A stretch of 64,000 bases of DNA. Origin: Minisyncoccia bacterium (lineage in GTDB: Bacteria > Patescibacteriota > Minisyncoccia > Phycocordibacterales > DATDWN01). Location: positions 15,112 to 79,111 of the forward strand of contig JBAQTF010000015.1 of the NCBI GenBank assembly GCA_049296855.1. Reading direction: 5' to 3'. The notes below the pieces were generated by a model. It was not told the DNA's origin. It made no database searches and was given only the letters and a program-made list of their open reading frames with translations. Position numbers and translations under genes: made by a program. Shown here piece after piece: positions 8,667 to 18,711 of this stretch (its first letter is position 1; every line of letters begins with the position of its first letter).

Positions 8667-11600
8667 CTAAAGAAACTTATTGCGTTCTTCGTATACCACC
8701 TGTCGTGTCTCTCTCATGTCAGAAATCAACTTCGCTTTTCTACTACCTTTGAAACCAGTACCGGCAGGAATAAGTCGCCCAAGTATAACATTTTCCATAA
8801 GACCTGAAAGCTTATCATCAGTACCACGAATAGCACTTGAGATAAGCATGCGTGTCGTGTGTTGGAATGACGCAGCAGCAAGAAAACTCTTTCTTGATAG
8901 TGACACATCTGTAATACCCATAACAACGTCTTCTGCTTTTGCCTCTTCCTTACCCAAAGTCTTAACTCTTAGATTTTCTTCAGATAGAAATGCACTTTCA
9001 ACAATATCACCAGCTAAAAACACTGTATCCCCAGGAAACTTTACTCTCTTTCGTGAGAACATTTGTCGCACAATAGTTTCAATATGTCTTCGAGACACAT
9101 TCTCTCCCTGGAGTTCATATGGTTTATTTATTTCTCGAATAATATAATCTATAGTCTTCTTTTTACCTGCATATTTGAATAATTCATCAATATCTGTAGA
9201 GCCATCAGTAATAATATCTCCCTTTGAAACAGTATCGCCTACTTTCACCAAAATCGTACGATTCAGAGAAACGGAATATTCGATTTTATCTTTACTTTTT
9301 GTTCTATCTTCTAGATTTGGAACAATAGAAATAGATTTTTCTTTGTCGGTAACAATTACATTAGACACTGTACCAGAGACAGAACATACTATAGCCGGAT
9401 TTTTTGGTTTTCTTTTCTCAAACAACTCTTCAACACGAGGTAAACCAGAAACAATGTCCCCTCCACCTGATGCTGTTCCACCAGCGTGCTTTGTATTCAT
9501 AGTAAGCTGTGTTCCAGGCTCACCAATAGCTTGTCCTGCTATAGTCCCAACCGCCTCGCCGAGCTCAACCACCTTATGTCGTCCAAGATCTGAGCCGTAG
9601 CATTTAACACAAATACCGTTAAGAGTCTTACAAGTCAATGGTGATCTTACTGAAATATTTGGGACGCCCTCAATTTCAATAACTGCCGCATCTTTTTTAG
9701 AAAGTAGATGATCTTTTTTAAACAAAACTGTTCCATCTTTTTTAAGAACATCTGCAGCTAAAAACCTACCTTTAATATTTTTTGCAATAGAAACTTCCAA
9801 ATCACTAGCTGCATTTTTATCAATAACAATAAAATCTTTTGTCCCACAATCCTCCTCAGTGATGATAGTATCTTGGGCCACGACGAAAAGTTTTCGAGTA
9901 AGATATCCTGCTTTTGCAGTGTTAAGAGCAAGATCAGTTAAACCTTTTCTAGATCCATGCGTAGTAATAAAATACTCAAGTGGAGTAAGACCCTCTTTTG
10001 AACAAGACAAAATAGGAAATTCTATAGTTTCTCCTACAGTATTCGTGATAAGCCCTTTCATACCAGCCATCTGAGTAATGTTCGACATCGTACCACGAGC
10101 ACCAGACTGAACCATATCACTTACAGGGCCGTTCTTAGGTAACGTAGCTGGCATAATTTTCTCAATTTCAGCTTTTGCACCATGCCAAACCTCAATTGTT
10201 TGTCTCAATCTTTCATCTTTAGATATTAACCCATCATCATAGTGACTAACTATTTTGTCTACTTTCCCTTTAGCCAGATTTGTAATAGCTTTTTTACCCT
10301 CTGGAACAAGAATGTCGTCAAGACCCCAAGTTATGCCTGAGTACGTAGCATATCGAAATCCGAATGTTTTTATTTGATCAATGATTTTCGGAACATTCTC
10401 GATATCATATTTCTCAATAAGATCATCGACTAAAGCAGAAATTTTCTTTCTATTAATTTCATAATTAATAAATGGGTAATCTTTTGGAAGGACTGAGTTG
10501 AAAAGAAGTCGTCCAACAGTTGTCTCAAAAAGTTTACCCCCAAATTGTTTGTATTTATCAGAGTCTGTAGGAAGGATTTTGATTTTTGCACGGAAAGAAA
10601 GTTCATTTAAGTCATGAGTAGTGATAGCAGCATTTGGAGTCTGAAATATTTTACCCTCACCCTTTTCACCAGGAATTTCTTTTGTCATCCAGAAACAACC
10701 AAGAACAATATCAAGCATTTTTGCTGATATTGTAGGATCTCCAGAACCAGGTTTTAATATATTTTTATCTGAAGCCATGATTTCTCGAGCTTCCAGTTGT
10801 GCTTCATCCGACAGAGGAACGTGAACAGCCATTTGGTCACCATCAAAGTCAGCGTTAAAAGCAGAACAGACAAGTGGATGAATCTGGATAGCGTTTCCCT
10901 CGATAAGAATAGGTTTGAATGCTTGAATACCGAGTCTGTGTAAAGTTGGCGCACGGTTGAGTAATACATATCTGTTGGAAATAACTTCTTCCAAGATAGC
11001 CCAAACTTCTGGGATACCGTCTTCAATTAATTTAGAAGCGCCTCTTATATTGTAAGAAAGTTCTTTTTGTAGAAGCTGTGAAATAACAAATGGTTTAAAG
11101 AGTTCAAGTGCCATATGTTTTGGTAAGCCACACTGGTCTAGATGAAGATCAGGGCCAACGATGATAACGGAACGTCCAGAATAGTCCACTCTTTTACCTA
11201 AAAGGTTTTGTCTAAAAATACCTCGTTTACCTTTTAGATTGTCCGCTAGAGACTTCAGTGGTCTTCTTTGCGACTGATTGACAGCACTTCCAGCGCTTCC
11301 ATGTCTTATAGAATTATCTATAAGAGCATCAACAGCTTCCTGAAGTATTCTTTTTTCATTTCGTAAAATAACATCTGGAGCATGTATTTCCTTTAATTTT
11401 TTTAGACGATTGTTTCGGTTTATTACTCTTCTGTACAAATCGTTTACGTCAGATGTCGCATATCTTCCTCCGTCTAGAGGAACCATGGGTCTTAGGGCTG
11501 GTGGTATAACAGGAATATTTGTCAGAAACATCCATTCTGGTCGTGAACCAGAACTAATCATAGCTGATACAACACCTATTCTCTTATTAATTTTACCAGC

Positions 11601-12344
11601 CTCGAGACTAGTTGATTTTTCTAGCTCTTGATTTAATTGAGAGAAAAGTTTGTTTAGATCAATCTTCTTAAAAATGTTGTAAATAGCCTCAGCACCAATA
11701 GACGCCTCAAACATAGTTCCATATTTCATTCCAAAATTGTAATACTCGACTTCATCTAAAACTCTACCCTCCTGAATTGACTCTATTTCTCTTTTCGCAT
11801 TTAAAAGCATTTCTTTTACAGCTTCTCGGGTTTTTTCATCTTGGAGAGATTTTACCTTTGCTTTGTATTCAGAATCTAGATCTTTTAAAGTCCGAGTTCT
11901 ATCTTCCTCTGAAACTTTTGTAATGATATAACCAGCAAAGTAAATTACTTTTTCTAGGTCAGCTGTAGGAATTCCGAGTATCATACTGATACGACTTGGC
12001 ATTGATTTCAAAAACCAGATGTGAGAAACCACTGTAGCAAGTTCAATGTGTCCCATTCTCTCACGTCTAACAATGGAACGTGTTATTTCCACTCCACATT
12101 TCTCACAAACAATTCCCTTATAGCGAATTCCACGATATTTTCCGCAATAACATTCGTAATCCTTGTCTGGACCAAAAATTTTCTCGTCAAAAAGACCATT
12201 TTTTTCTGATCTCTGAGTACGATAGTTTATTGTCTCAGGTTTAGTAATCTCACCAAAAGACCACTCCTTGATTCTATCTGGAGAAGCTATTTTAAGTACA
12301 ATTGTTTCGAAATCGTTTGAGTCTGTTGTTGTTCTTGTTTTCAT
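8667..12344 (-). CDS. rpoC: DNA-directed RNA polymerase beta' subunit.
   Basis: It contains the zinc-binding CYCGKY...CEKCGVE motif, NADFDGDQMAVH, and the overall beta' architecture across 1225 aa. Confidence 0.95.
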   Translation of the reverse strand: MKTRTTTDSNDFETIVLKIASPDRIKEWSFGEITKPETINYRTQRSEKNGLFDEKIFGPDKDYECYCGKYRGIRYKGIVCEKCGVEITRSIVRRERMGHIELATVVSHIWFLKSMPSRISMILGIPTADLEKVIYFAGYIITKVSEEDRTRTLKDLDSEYKAKVKSLQDEKTREAVKEMLLNAKREIESIQEGRVLDEVEYYNFGMKYGTMFEASIGAEAIYNIFKKIDLNKLFSQLNQELEKSTSLEAGKINKRIGVVSAMISSGSRPEWMFLTNIPVIPPALRPMVPLDGGRYATSDVNDLYRRVINRNNRLKKLKEIHAPDVILRNEKRILQEAVDALIDNSIRHGSAGSAVNQSQRRPLKSLADNLKGKRGIFRQNLLGKRVDYSGRSVIIVGPDLHLDQCGLPKHMALELFKPFVISQLLQKELSYNIRGASKLIEDGIPEVWAILEEVISNRYVLLNRAPTLHRLGIQAFKPILIEGNAIQIHPLVCSAFNADFDGDQMAVHVPLSDEAQLEAREIMASDKNILKPGSGDPTISAKMLDIVLGCFWMTKEIPGEKGEGKIFQTPNAAITTHDLNELSFRAKIKILPTDSDKYKQFGGKLFETTVGRLLFNSVLPKDYPFINYEINRKKISALVDDLIEKYDIENVPKIIDQIKTFGFRYATYSGITWGLDDILVPEGKKAITNLAKGKVDKIVSHYDDGLISKDERLRQTIEVWHGAKAEIEKIMPATLPKNGPVSDMVQSGARGTMSNITQMAGMKGLITNTVGETIEFPILSCSKEGLTPLEYFITTHGSRKGLTDLALNTAKAGYLTRKLFVVAQDTIITEEDCGTKDFIVIDKNAASDLEVSIAKNIKGRFLAADVLKKDGTVLFKKDHLLSKKDAAVIEIEGVPNISVRSPLTCKTLNGICVKCYGSDLGRHKVVELGEAVGTIAGQAIGEPGTQLTMNTKHAGGTASGGGDIVSGLPRVEELFEKRKPKNPAIVCSVSGTVSNVIVTDKEKSISIVPNLEDRTKSKDKIEYSVSLNRTILVKVGDTVSKGDIITDGSTDIDELFKYAGKKKTIDYIIREINKPYELQGENVSRRHIETIVRQMFSRKRVKFPGDTVFLAGDIVESAFLSEENLRVKTLGKEEAKAEDVVMGITDVSLSRKSFLAAASFQHTTRMLISSAIRGTDDKLSGLMENVILGRLIPAGTGFKGSRKAKLISDMRETRQVVYEERNKFL

Positions 12345-12377
12345 GATTTTGTTTTAGGGCTATTTTAATTTTGATGA

Positions 12378-15300
12378 CTAAACGACTTGTTTGCGACTTT
12401 CCAACATTTCTTTCGACCCCTTTTTAATCTGCACATCTAGCGCTAATCCGCGAAGATTATTCAAAAGCACATTAAAAGAAGCTGGAGTATTAAGTTGTGT
12501 AATAGGAAGACCTTTGACGATAGCGTCAAAAGCCGCCGAACGACCAACGATGTCATCAGACTTGATGGTCAAAATTTCTTGTAGTGTATGTGCTGCACCG
12601 TGACCAAGTAACGCCCACACTTCCATCTCTCCAAATCTCTGACCTCCATTCTGGGCCTTTCCTCCAAGAGGTTGCTGAGTGATAAGAGAGTATGGACCAA
12701 TAGATCTCATGTGAATCTTATCTTCAACCATATGATGAAGCTTCATGATATACATATACCCAACCGCAATTTCTTGTTCAAAAGCTTTACCTGTTCGTCC
12801 ATCAAACAACTTCATCTTCCCCGTTTCGGAAAATCCCGCTTGTTTCAGTTCATGCTTTATTTCGTCACCAGTCGCTCCTGCAAATGGAGGAACGATAGCC
12901 TGATAACCTAGAGTGTGTGCTGCAAGACCTAAATGTAATTCAAGAATCTGCCCAAGATTCATTCGGCTCGGTACGCCAAGTGGCGTCAAAATAACGTCAA
13001 TAGGAGTACCATTTGCCATATAAGGCATATCTTCCTCAGGTAAGATCCTCGAAATAACACCTTTATTTCCATGTCGTCCGGCAAGTTTATCTCCGACGGA
13101 CACATTTCGAAGCTGTGCTACTTCAATATGAATTCTTTTTATAATACCCGAATCAAGTTTATCGCCTTTCTCTCGAGAAAAAATTTGTACTTTAATAACA
13201 CGACCCTTTTTCCCACCTTCCATTCTCTTTGATGTATCTTTCACGTCGTGAGCTTTCTCACCAAAAAGTGACCGCAATAATCTTTCCTCTGGAGTAAGTT
13301 GTGTCTCACCTTTTGGAGTGATTTTTCCAACGAGAATATCTCCAGGACGAACTTCTGCTCCAACTTGGACAATACCGTCTTCTGCAAGATTTTTTAATTT
13401 ACTTTCACCAACATTTGGAATATCACATGTAGTAACTTCTGGACCAAGTTTTGTATCTCGAACATTTACTACAAATTCTTCTATATGAATCGAAGTGAAC
13501 TTACTATCTTTTACAACTCTTTCGGAAAGTATAATGGCATCTTCGTAGTTTGAACCGCTCCATGACATAAAAGCTACAAGAACATTTTGACCTATAGCTG
13601 TCTGACCTTTTTGACTTGATGATGTATCAGCAATTACATCACCTTTCTTCACTTTATCTCCTACATCTACTGATGGTCTCTGGTGAAAAGCTGTAAATCC
13701 ATTTGTTCGAGAAAACTGAATTAATTTGTATTCCGTTTCTTTTCCCTTATTGTTTTTTACTCTAACTTTTATGCCATCAGCATGGGTCACTATCCCATCT
13801 TCCTTACTAACTACAAGTCGTCCTGTGTCTTTCAAAGCATCAGCTTCCATACCAGTCGCAATTAAAGGAACTTCTGGAATAATACAAGGTGTCGCTTGTC
13901 TCTGCATGTTTGAAGCCATCAGCGCTCTGTTCGCCTCATCATGATTTAAAAAAGGAATCATCGATGTGGCAATAGAAAACGCTTGATTTGTCGCCACATC
14001 AATATAATCTACTTTATCTCTCGAAATAGTGCTAGGTTCACCTTCTACTCGAACCTCAACTTCATCTATTGATATCTTTCCATTTTCATCTACAGGTGTA
14101 GCAGCATGAGCAATTGCGTAACCTTCTTCTTCAGAAGCATTCAGGTACTGAATTTCCCCTGTAACTTTTCCATTTTTTACTTTTGAATATGGTGTTTCAA
14201 TCATTCCAAAACCATTTATTCTCGCATATATTGCAAGACGAAGAACTAGACCTATATTCGGACCTTCTGGAGTATGGATTGGACAAATACGCCCATAGTG
14301 AGATGTGTGAACGTCACGAACTTCAAATCCAGCACGAGTTCTGTTTAGTCCTCCTGGACCAAGAGCCGAGAGAAGCCTGAGGTTTTCAATCTCTGCAAGA
14401 GGATTTTCTTGCGTCATAAACTGTGAAAGCTGATTTGTTGTGAAGAATTCTTTTATGCGAGCTTGGAGTGGCTTAGGAGAAATGAACTGGACAGGAAGCG
14501 TCACATCTGTGTCTATTGTAGACATTCTGTTTTGAATATTTCGCTTGATTTGAGCCATACCAGTTCGAATCTTTTGTTGAAAAAGCTCTCCAACAAATCT
14601 CACTCGTCTTGTACCCAAGTGATCAATATCATCTTCCATTGAATGTGGAGTATTGTTTAAAAGAGTGATATGAGAAATAATAAGTGCAACATCTTCCAAA
14701 GAAAGTGTTCTCCTTTTAAGTTCTTTCTCATCCATTTTTTTATCAAAACGTTTGTTGAACATATGTCGTCCAACTGGAGAAAGGTCATACCTTTCAACAT
14801 CAAAAATCGACTTAACAAAATCTCTTGCATTGTCAGCTGTAGCCAAATCACCATCTCTTAGCTTTTTATGTATTTCGATAAATGCATCCTCTTCAGATTT
14901 TGTATGATCTTTTAGAAGAGTCTTCTCTATAGATGCTGCAGCAAATTCATTTCCCTGGAAAAGCTTCTTCATCGCAATATCATCTTTTGCTCCGAGGACA
15001 CGCAAAAGAGTCGTGACAACAAATTTTCTCTTACGATCGATACGCACATATATGACTCCCTCTGAGTCAGATTCAATTTCTACCCAAGCTCCCCTAGAAG
15101 GTATAATCTTAGCCCCAAAAAGCTTACGTCCTTTAGTTTCACTGGCCGTGAAAAATACTCCGTATGAACGAGCGAGCTGAGGAACAATAACACGTTCAAT
15201 ACCAGAAATAATGAAAGTGCCGTGGGAAGTCATGAGCGGAAAATCCGCCATAAAAATTTCCTGTTCTTTTTCTGTACCAAGAATATGATTTTTTAATCTA

Positions 15301-15578
15301 ACTTTAACTTTAAGAGGTGCTTCATATGAAAGTTTATTGTCTTTCGCAAAGTATTCATCATATTTAGCCTCAGCCAATTCAAATCCTGTAAAATCTAATG
15401 TGAATTTCTTTTCTGAATAATCTCTTATAGATGAAAATTCATCAAAAACTTCTTTGAGACCTTTTTCTATAAGAAGTTTAAATGAGTCGAGTTGTGGTTC
15501 AACAAAATTTGGCGTTGAAACCAGTGGCTTCCTATAAAGGCTGAAGAATTTTTGTGGACGCGCAGTTGTTTTATTCAT
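12378..15578 (-). CDS. rpoB: DNA-directed RNA polymerase beta subunit.
   Basis: Conserved beta blocks are present throughout, including GRHGNKGV near the C-terminus. The start was set at MNKTTARPQ, because the 21 codons upstream of it are hydrophobic junk. Confidence 0.95.
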   Translation of the reverse strand: MNKTTARPQKFFSLYRKPLVSTPNFVEPQLDSFKLLIEKGLKEVFDEFSSIRDYSEKKFTLDFTGFELAEAKYDEYFAKDNKLSYEAPLKVKVRLKNHILGTEKEQEIFMADFPLMTSHGTFIISGIERVIVPQLARSYGVFFTASETKGRKLFGAKIIPSRGAWVEIESDSEGVIYVRIDRKRKFVVTTLLRVLGAKDDIAMKKLFQGNEFAAASIEKTLLKDHTKSEEDAFIEIHKKLRDGDLATADNARDFVKSIFDVERYDLSPVGRHMFNKRFDKKMDEKELKRRTLSLEDVALIISHITLLNNTPHSMEDDIDHLGTRRVRFVGELFQQKIRTGMAQIKRNIQNRMSTIDTDVTLPVQFISPKPLQARIKEFFTTNQLSQFMTQENPLAEIENLRLLSALGPGGLNRTRAGFEVRDVHTSHYGRICPIHTPEGPNIGLVLRLAIYARINGFGMIETPYSKVKNGKVTGEIQYLNASEEEGYAIAHAATPVDENGKISIDEVEVRVEGEPSTISRDKVDYIDVATNQAFSIATSMIPFLNHDEANRALMASNMQRQATPCIIPEVPLIATGMEADALKDTGRLVVSKEDGIVTHADGIKVRVKNNKGKETEYKLIQFSRTNGFTAFHQRPSVDVGDKVKKGDVIADTSSSQKGQTAIGQNVLVAFMSWSGSNYEDAIILSERVVKDSKFTSIHIEEFVVNVRDTKLGPEVTTCDIPNVGESKLKNLAEDGIVQVGAEVRPGDILVGKITPKGETQLTPEERLLRSLFGEKAHDVKDTSKRMEGGKKGRVIKVQIFSREKGDKLDSGIIKRIHIEVAQLRNVSVGDKLAGRHGNKGVISRILPEEDMPYMANGTPIDVILTPLGVPSRMNLGQILELHLGLAAHTLGYQAIVPPFAGATGDEIKHELKQAGFSETGKMKLFDGRTGKAFEQEIAVGYMYIMKLHHMVEDKIHMRSIGPYSLITQQPLGGKAQNGGQRFGEMEVWALLGHGAAHTLQEILTIKSDDIVGRSAAFDAIVKGLPITQLNTPASFNVLLNNLRGLALDVQIKKGSKEMLESRKQVV

Positions 15579-15878
15579 AAAAAATATACTTATTATTCTC
15601 CTTCTTAAATAATAAAAACTGAAAGACACAAATAAACACAAAACAGACCTTCCCTCCTAAAGGTCTACTTTTTGATTATTTATTTGTTAACAGTTTAAAC
15701 CCAAAATAGTGTGAGAACCAATAAACCCCTTACAATACCTCGTAAAATTGCATCCTCGCTTCTCCATTCTGCCAAAACTCAATCATGTGAAGTTAAAGGA
15801 GAGTATACGTCAAGTTGGTATATTTTGTCAAGAATAAAGTCAATGTACTTATCCACAGTCTAAAACATTTAGATTGTG

Positions 15879-16145
15879 TTACAAAATACCCTCTCTTAAT
15901 AAGATGGCTCTTTTGGCAACCGAACCGCCTCTGTTATACCCACCCATCGCACCATCAGAACGTATAACCCTATGACAAGGTATCTTAGAATCAAAATTTT
16001 TACTCATGATAGCCCCAACAGCACGACTTGCCTTTGGATTTCCAGCTCTTCTCGCAACTTCTTTATATGTTAAAGTTTTACCTTTTGGAATCTTCTTCAC
16101 AATCTCTTTAACTCTTTGTGTGAAACTTTTTATATTTTTTGTCAT
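15879..16145 (-). CDS. Stand-alone MGMT-family DNA-binding domain (O6-alkylguanine alkyltransferase-like), 88 aa.
   Basis: The PCHRVI active-site motif is present with its Cys retained, within an HTH-like context TYKEVARRAGNPKASRAVG. Confidence 0.7.
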   Translation of the reverse strand: MTKNIKSFTQRVKEIVKKIPKGKTLTYKEVARRAGNPKASRAVGAIMSKNFDSKIPCHRVIRSDGAMGGYNRGGSVAKRAILLREGIL

Positions 16146-16247
16146 AGTCTTGTTTAATTTAGAATCTCGCCTGAGGATTACCTCATGCGTAAGTGTTCGC
16201 TAAGCTCCCTTAACTTTTTCAGTAAATGTCTTCATCTTTAAATAATT

Positions 16248-16505
16248 TTATTTATCAATTTCAAAAATCTTTCTCTTTGTCGAACCGCCCTTAACAAGTC
16301 TCACTAGAGATGGTGCGGCATCAAAATAGTTCGCCAATGCTCTAACCACTGCATCATTCGCTTTTCCTCCAACTGGAGGCTCCTTCACTCTAACACTGTA
16401 TTCCACTAAATCATTTTTATTAGAAATAAAACCGAGTGAAGCCTGTGTAACTCTCTCGACTGATTCCACTTTTGAATTTGGTTTTACCTTAACCACTATT
16501 TTCAT
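16248..16505 (-). CDS. DUF167 / YggU-family protein.
   Basis: The pattern KVKPNSK...VRVKEPPVGGKANDAVVRALANYF matches the YggU family. Confidence 0.65.
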   Translation of the reverse strand: MKIVVKVKPNSKVESVERVTQASLGFISNKNDLVEYSVRVKEPPVGGKANDAVVRALANYFDAAPSLVRLVKGGSTKRKIFEIDK

Positions 16506-16571
16506 TTTATTTTTTAAAGTAAAAGATAGCTTAATTGTATCACCTTCAAAAATCTTTTCATTACTAAATGG

Positions 16572-17204
16572 TTATTTTAGAAGTTTTTGTAAAACAGGGT
16601 ATATACGCTCTCCAATAACTGCATACCCAGCATCATTTGGATGGATAGCATCTGACATATATTTTGCATTAGCAAGAATCCCATCTAAAACATCTGGAAC
16701 ATACGCTGTTTCGTATTTCTGACTTAAATCCTCAAATTTCGAATCAAATTTATCATTTAACAAACCCCCACGAACACCAAGAAGCAAAACTACTGCTCCC
16801 TTAGACTGAATCTTACTAATTATTTTTTCCAGATTAGAAAAAGTCTCATCTATCGGTACCTTTCGCAAATAATCGTTACCTCCAAGAAGAAGTAATGCTA
16901 CTTTTATATTATATTTATCTAATTCATCGATACGAGAAAGCCCCTCTGCTGTTGTATTGCCAGAAACTCCAAGATTTACAATTGGTTTTCCTGTTTTACT
17001 TGATAAAATTGAAATAAAATTTTTATCGGGTGTAGATGCTCCTATCCCCTGAACTAAACTGTCTCCAAAAGCCACTATGTCTGTACCCGTAGATGGATAG
17101 TTTTTGATTTTCTTTTCACCTCCAATTATGAAAAATAGTATAAAAAGTGCACTAACAATAACCACCAGTCCAATTGTTCCATACAGGACTTTCCTATTAT
17201 CCAT
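16572..17204 (-). CDS. SGNH/GDSL-family hydrolase with an N-terminal membrane anchor.
   Basis: It has the VAFGDSL block I and the GGNDY block III, plus an N-terminal TM helix. Confidence 0.7.
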   Translation of the reverse strand: MDNRKVLYGTIGLVVIVSALFILFFIIGGEKKIKNYPSTGTDIVAFGDSLVQGIGASTPDKNFISILSSKTGKPIVNLGVSGNTTAEGLSRIDELDKYNIKVALLLLGGNDYLRKVPIDETFSNLEKIISKIQSKGAVVLLLGVRGGLLNDKFDSKFEDLSQKYETAYVPDVLDGILANAKYMSDAIHPNDAGYAVIGERIYPVLQKLLK

Positions 17205-17228
17205 AATTATGATTATAACACTTAATAC

Positions 17229-17807
17229 TTAATACTTACGTATCACCCCTCGTACTATCGCACCAATTTTTAAATCGTACTGTGGGTATATGTTTTTATA
17301 ATCCTTGTTGGCTGGTTGTAGATAGACTTTGTTTCCATCTTTTCTGAAATATTTCATAGTCCAGCCACCATCTATCTCCGCGATAACGATGTCGCCATCT
17401 TTTGGATTATTGCGTCTCTCCGCAACCACAAGATCACCCTCCATAATACCCTCTTCTATCATCGAATCACCTTTGACCTCGAGAAGATAAGTCGATTCTC
17501 TGTTACCAACTAAATACTCGTCCAGACTAAGTGAATCGAGCGTGTGTGGATCAACCATTGTTGGAATACCCGCTTCGACTAGACCGAGAAGTGGTATTTC
17601 CCCAAATATTTTTATCGGAGTTAGTCTCCCTTTGGAATCTTTGTCTACTACCCCGTCTAGAACGAGTTTATTGATCAGTTTATAAACTGCATTTTTGGAT
17701 CGAAACCCGACAAGACCCATTATTTCTTTGTACCCAGGCATACGACGATTCTTTTGGTAGAAAGAAATTACTTTATTTTTTTGATTATTATAAACTTCTT
17801 CGCTCAT
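17229..17807 (-). CDS. lexA: LexA-type repressor with an N-terminal wHTH and a C-terminal S24 peptidase domain.
   Basis: The putative Ala-Gly autocleavage site is VEAGIP. The catalytic Ser lies in GDSM and a Lys follows in WTMKYF. The N-terminal region is HTH-like. Confidence 0.8.
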   Translation of the reverse strand: MSEEVYNNQKNKVISFYQKNRRMPGYKEIMGLVGFRSKNAVYKLINKLVLDGVVDKDSKGRLTPIKIFGEIPLLGLVEAGIPTMVDPHTLDSLSLDEYLVGNRESTYLLEVKGDSMIEEGIMEGDLVVAERRNNPKDGDIVIAEIDGGWTMKYFRKDGNKVYLQPANKDYKNIYPQYDLKIGAIVRGVIRKY

Positions 17808-17813
17808 ATATAT

Positions 17814-18008
17814 TTAGGCATTCATGAGTGACCTTAGTAACCATCCAGATCTATCACTCTGTCGAAGTCTGTACAAACTCGACTGCAAAAACTTGTGGCG
17901 CCGCGCCTCTCTCGCATACGATAACCCCTTTATAATCTTTGAATCTATTATATCATTCAAAGCTTCTAATTCCCTTATTAATGCTCTCTCTAAATTATAT
18001 TTGCTCAT
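17814..18008 (-). CDS. Hypothetical 64-aa protein, the possible first gene of the lexA operon.
   Basis: Its ORF ends 7 nt before the lexA start. A GC-rich leader hairpin (about 18040-18075) and the SOS-box promoter lie upstream. There is no recognisable family. Confidence 0.3.
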   Translation of the reverse strand: MSKYNLERALIRELEALNDIIDSKIIKGLSYAREARRHKFLQSSLYRLRQSDRSGWLLRSLMNA

Positions 18009-18097
18009 ATTTTTTATTTATTAAATTTATAATTTCTGGGTCTCGACCACTGCTCGGCTTCGCGCGGTTGCAAACCCTGATTTTTGCTATATCTATA

Positions 18098-18126
18098 GTT
18101 TAGTGAACTACAGTTCACCTGTCAAT
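18098..18126 (-). promoter_or_regulatory. Promoter of the lexA operon with a Cheo-type LexA box in the spacer: -35 TTGACA (18126-18121), 17-nt spacer, -10 TAAACT (18103-18098).
   Basis: Read on the minus strand, the site is TTGACA-g-GTGAACTGTAGTTCAC-TAAACT. The palindrome GTGAAC-N4-GTTCAC at 18104-18119 matches the GAAC-N4-GTTC SOS-box class. Confidence 0.55.
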
Positions 18127-18217
18127 GAACCTGTTGTGGATAACTTTTCTAGACAATCTATATACTATATTGACAACAACACTAAACTGCTGTAATTTTA
18201 TTGTCAGAGAGGTAAAT

Positions 18218-18535
18218 ATGAATGCTTTAGATCTGGTAAGAAAAACAGAGCAAATGCTCGTCGATGGTGGAATCCAGAAGTACGACCACGGCAAACGTGG
18301 TTACACTGTCATCGGAGACTTCCCGAAACAGACTCCGTCAGTATTGATGTCAACACCAAAGTTTGGTGTTGCCGCTATACCAACTGGGTGTGACTCTGTC
18401 GGAGAGAAACTCGACGAGGTTGAGAGATACCTGAAAATCCTCAACGAGAACGGAGTCCCTGCTGAACCAGTGATACGTAAGGATGAAGACGACGCCATCA
18501 TCTTTGCGTGGATACCAACATCGGAGCAGGAATGA
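18218..18535 (+). CDS. Hypothetical 105-aa protein, transcribed divergently from the lexA operon.
   Basis: An RBS (GAGAGG) precedes the ATG at 18218. A -35 TTGACA and -10 TAATTT lie upstream, and a terminator follows at 18550-18590. Confidence 0.5.
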   Translation: MNALDLVRKTEQMLVDGGIQKYDHGKRGYTVIGDFPKQTPSVLMSTPKFGVAAIPTGCDSVGEKLDEVERYLKILNENGVPAEPVIRKDEDDAIIFAWIPTSEQE

Positions 18536-18549
18536 ACCCGCCCACAAAA

Positions 18550-18590
18550 CCCGCCTATCCGCGGAGAGTGTGATAGGCGGGTTTTGTGTA
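18550..18590 (+). terminator. Intrinsic terminator for the 18218-18535 gene.
   Basis: The stem CCCGCCTATC/GATAGGCGGG (extendable to 15 bp) is followed by TTTTGTGTAAT. Confidence 0.6.
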
Positions 18591-18601
18591 ATATAAATCT
18601 A

Positions 18602-18643
18602 GAAAATAATGAGGGAAAAAGAATATATTTTCGGAAGTACTCC
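18602..18643. repeat. Copy of the roughly 42-nt repeat element R1, GAAAATAATGAGNGAAA..GAATATATTTTCGGAAGTACTC.
   Basis: About 40 of 42 positions are identical to 45106-45145. This copy lies between convergent terminators. Confidence 0.55.
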
Positions 18644-18668
18644 TTTAATATAAAAATCTAAAAGAGAA

Positions 18669-18698
18669 AGAGCTGAGATTTAAATAAATCTCAGCTCT
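18669..18698 (-). terminator. Intrinsic terminator for the gene at 18712-19251.
   Basis: The 11-bp stem AGAGCTGAGAT/ATCTCAGCTCT is followed by a T-run on the minus strand. Confidence 0.55.
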
Positions 18699-18711
18699 TT
18701 GGAAACATGTG

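Noticed and set aside
8680-15000. Numerous ORFs of 60-155 aa on the opposite strand or in alternative frames within rpoC and rpoB (for example 8680-9147, 9175-9600, 10754-11026, 12391-12603, 13726-13944)
   Set aside because: They are embedded in strongly supported rpoB and rpoC coding sequence and have low-complexity composition.
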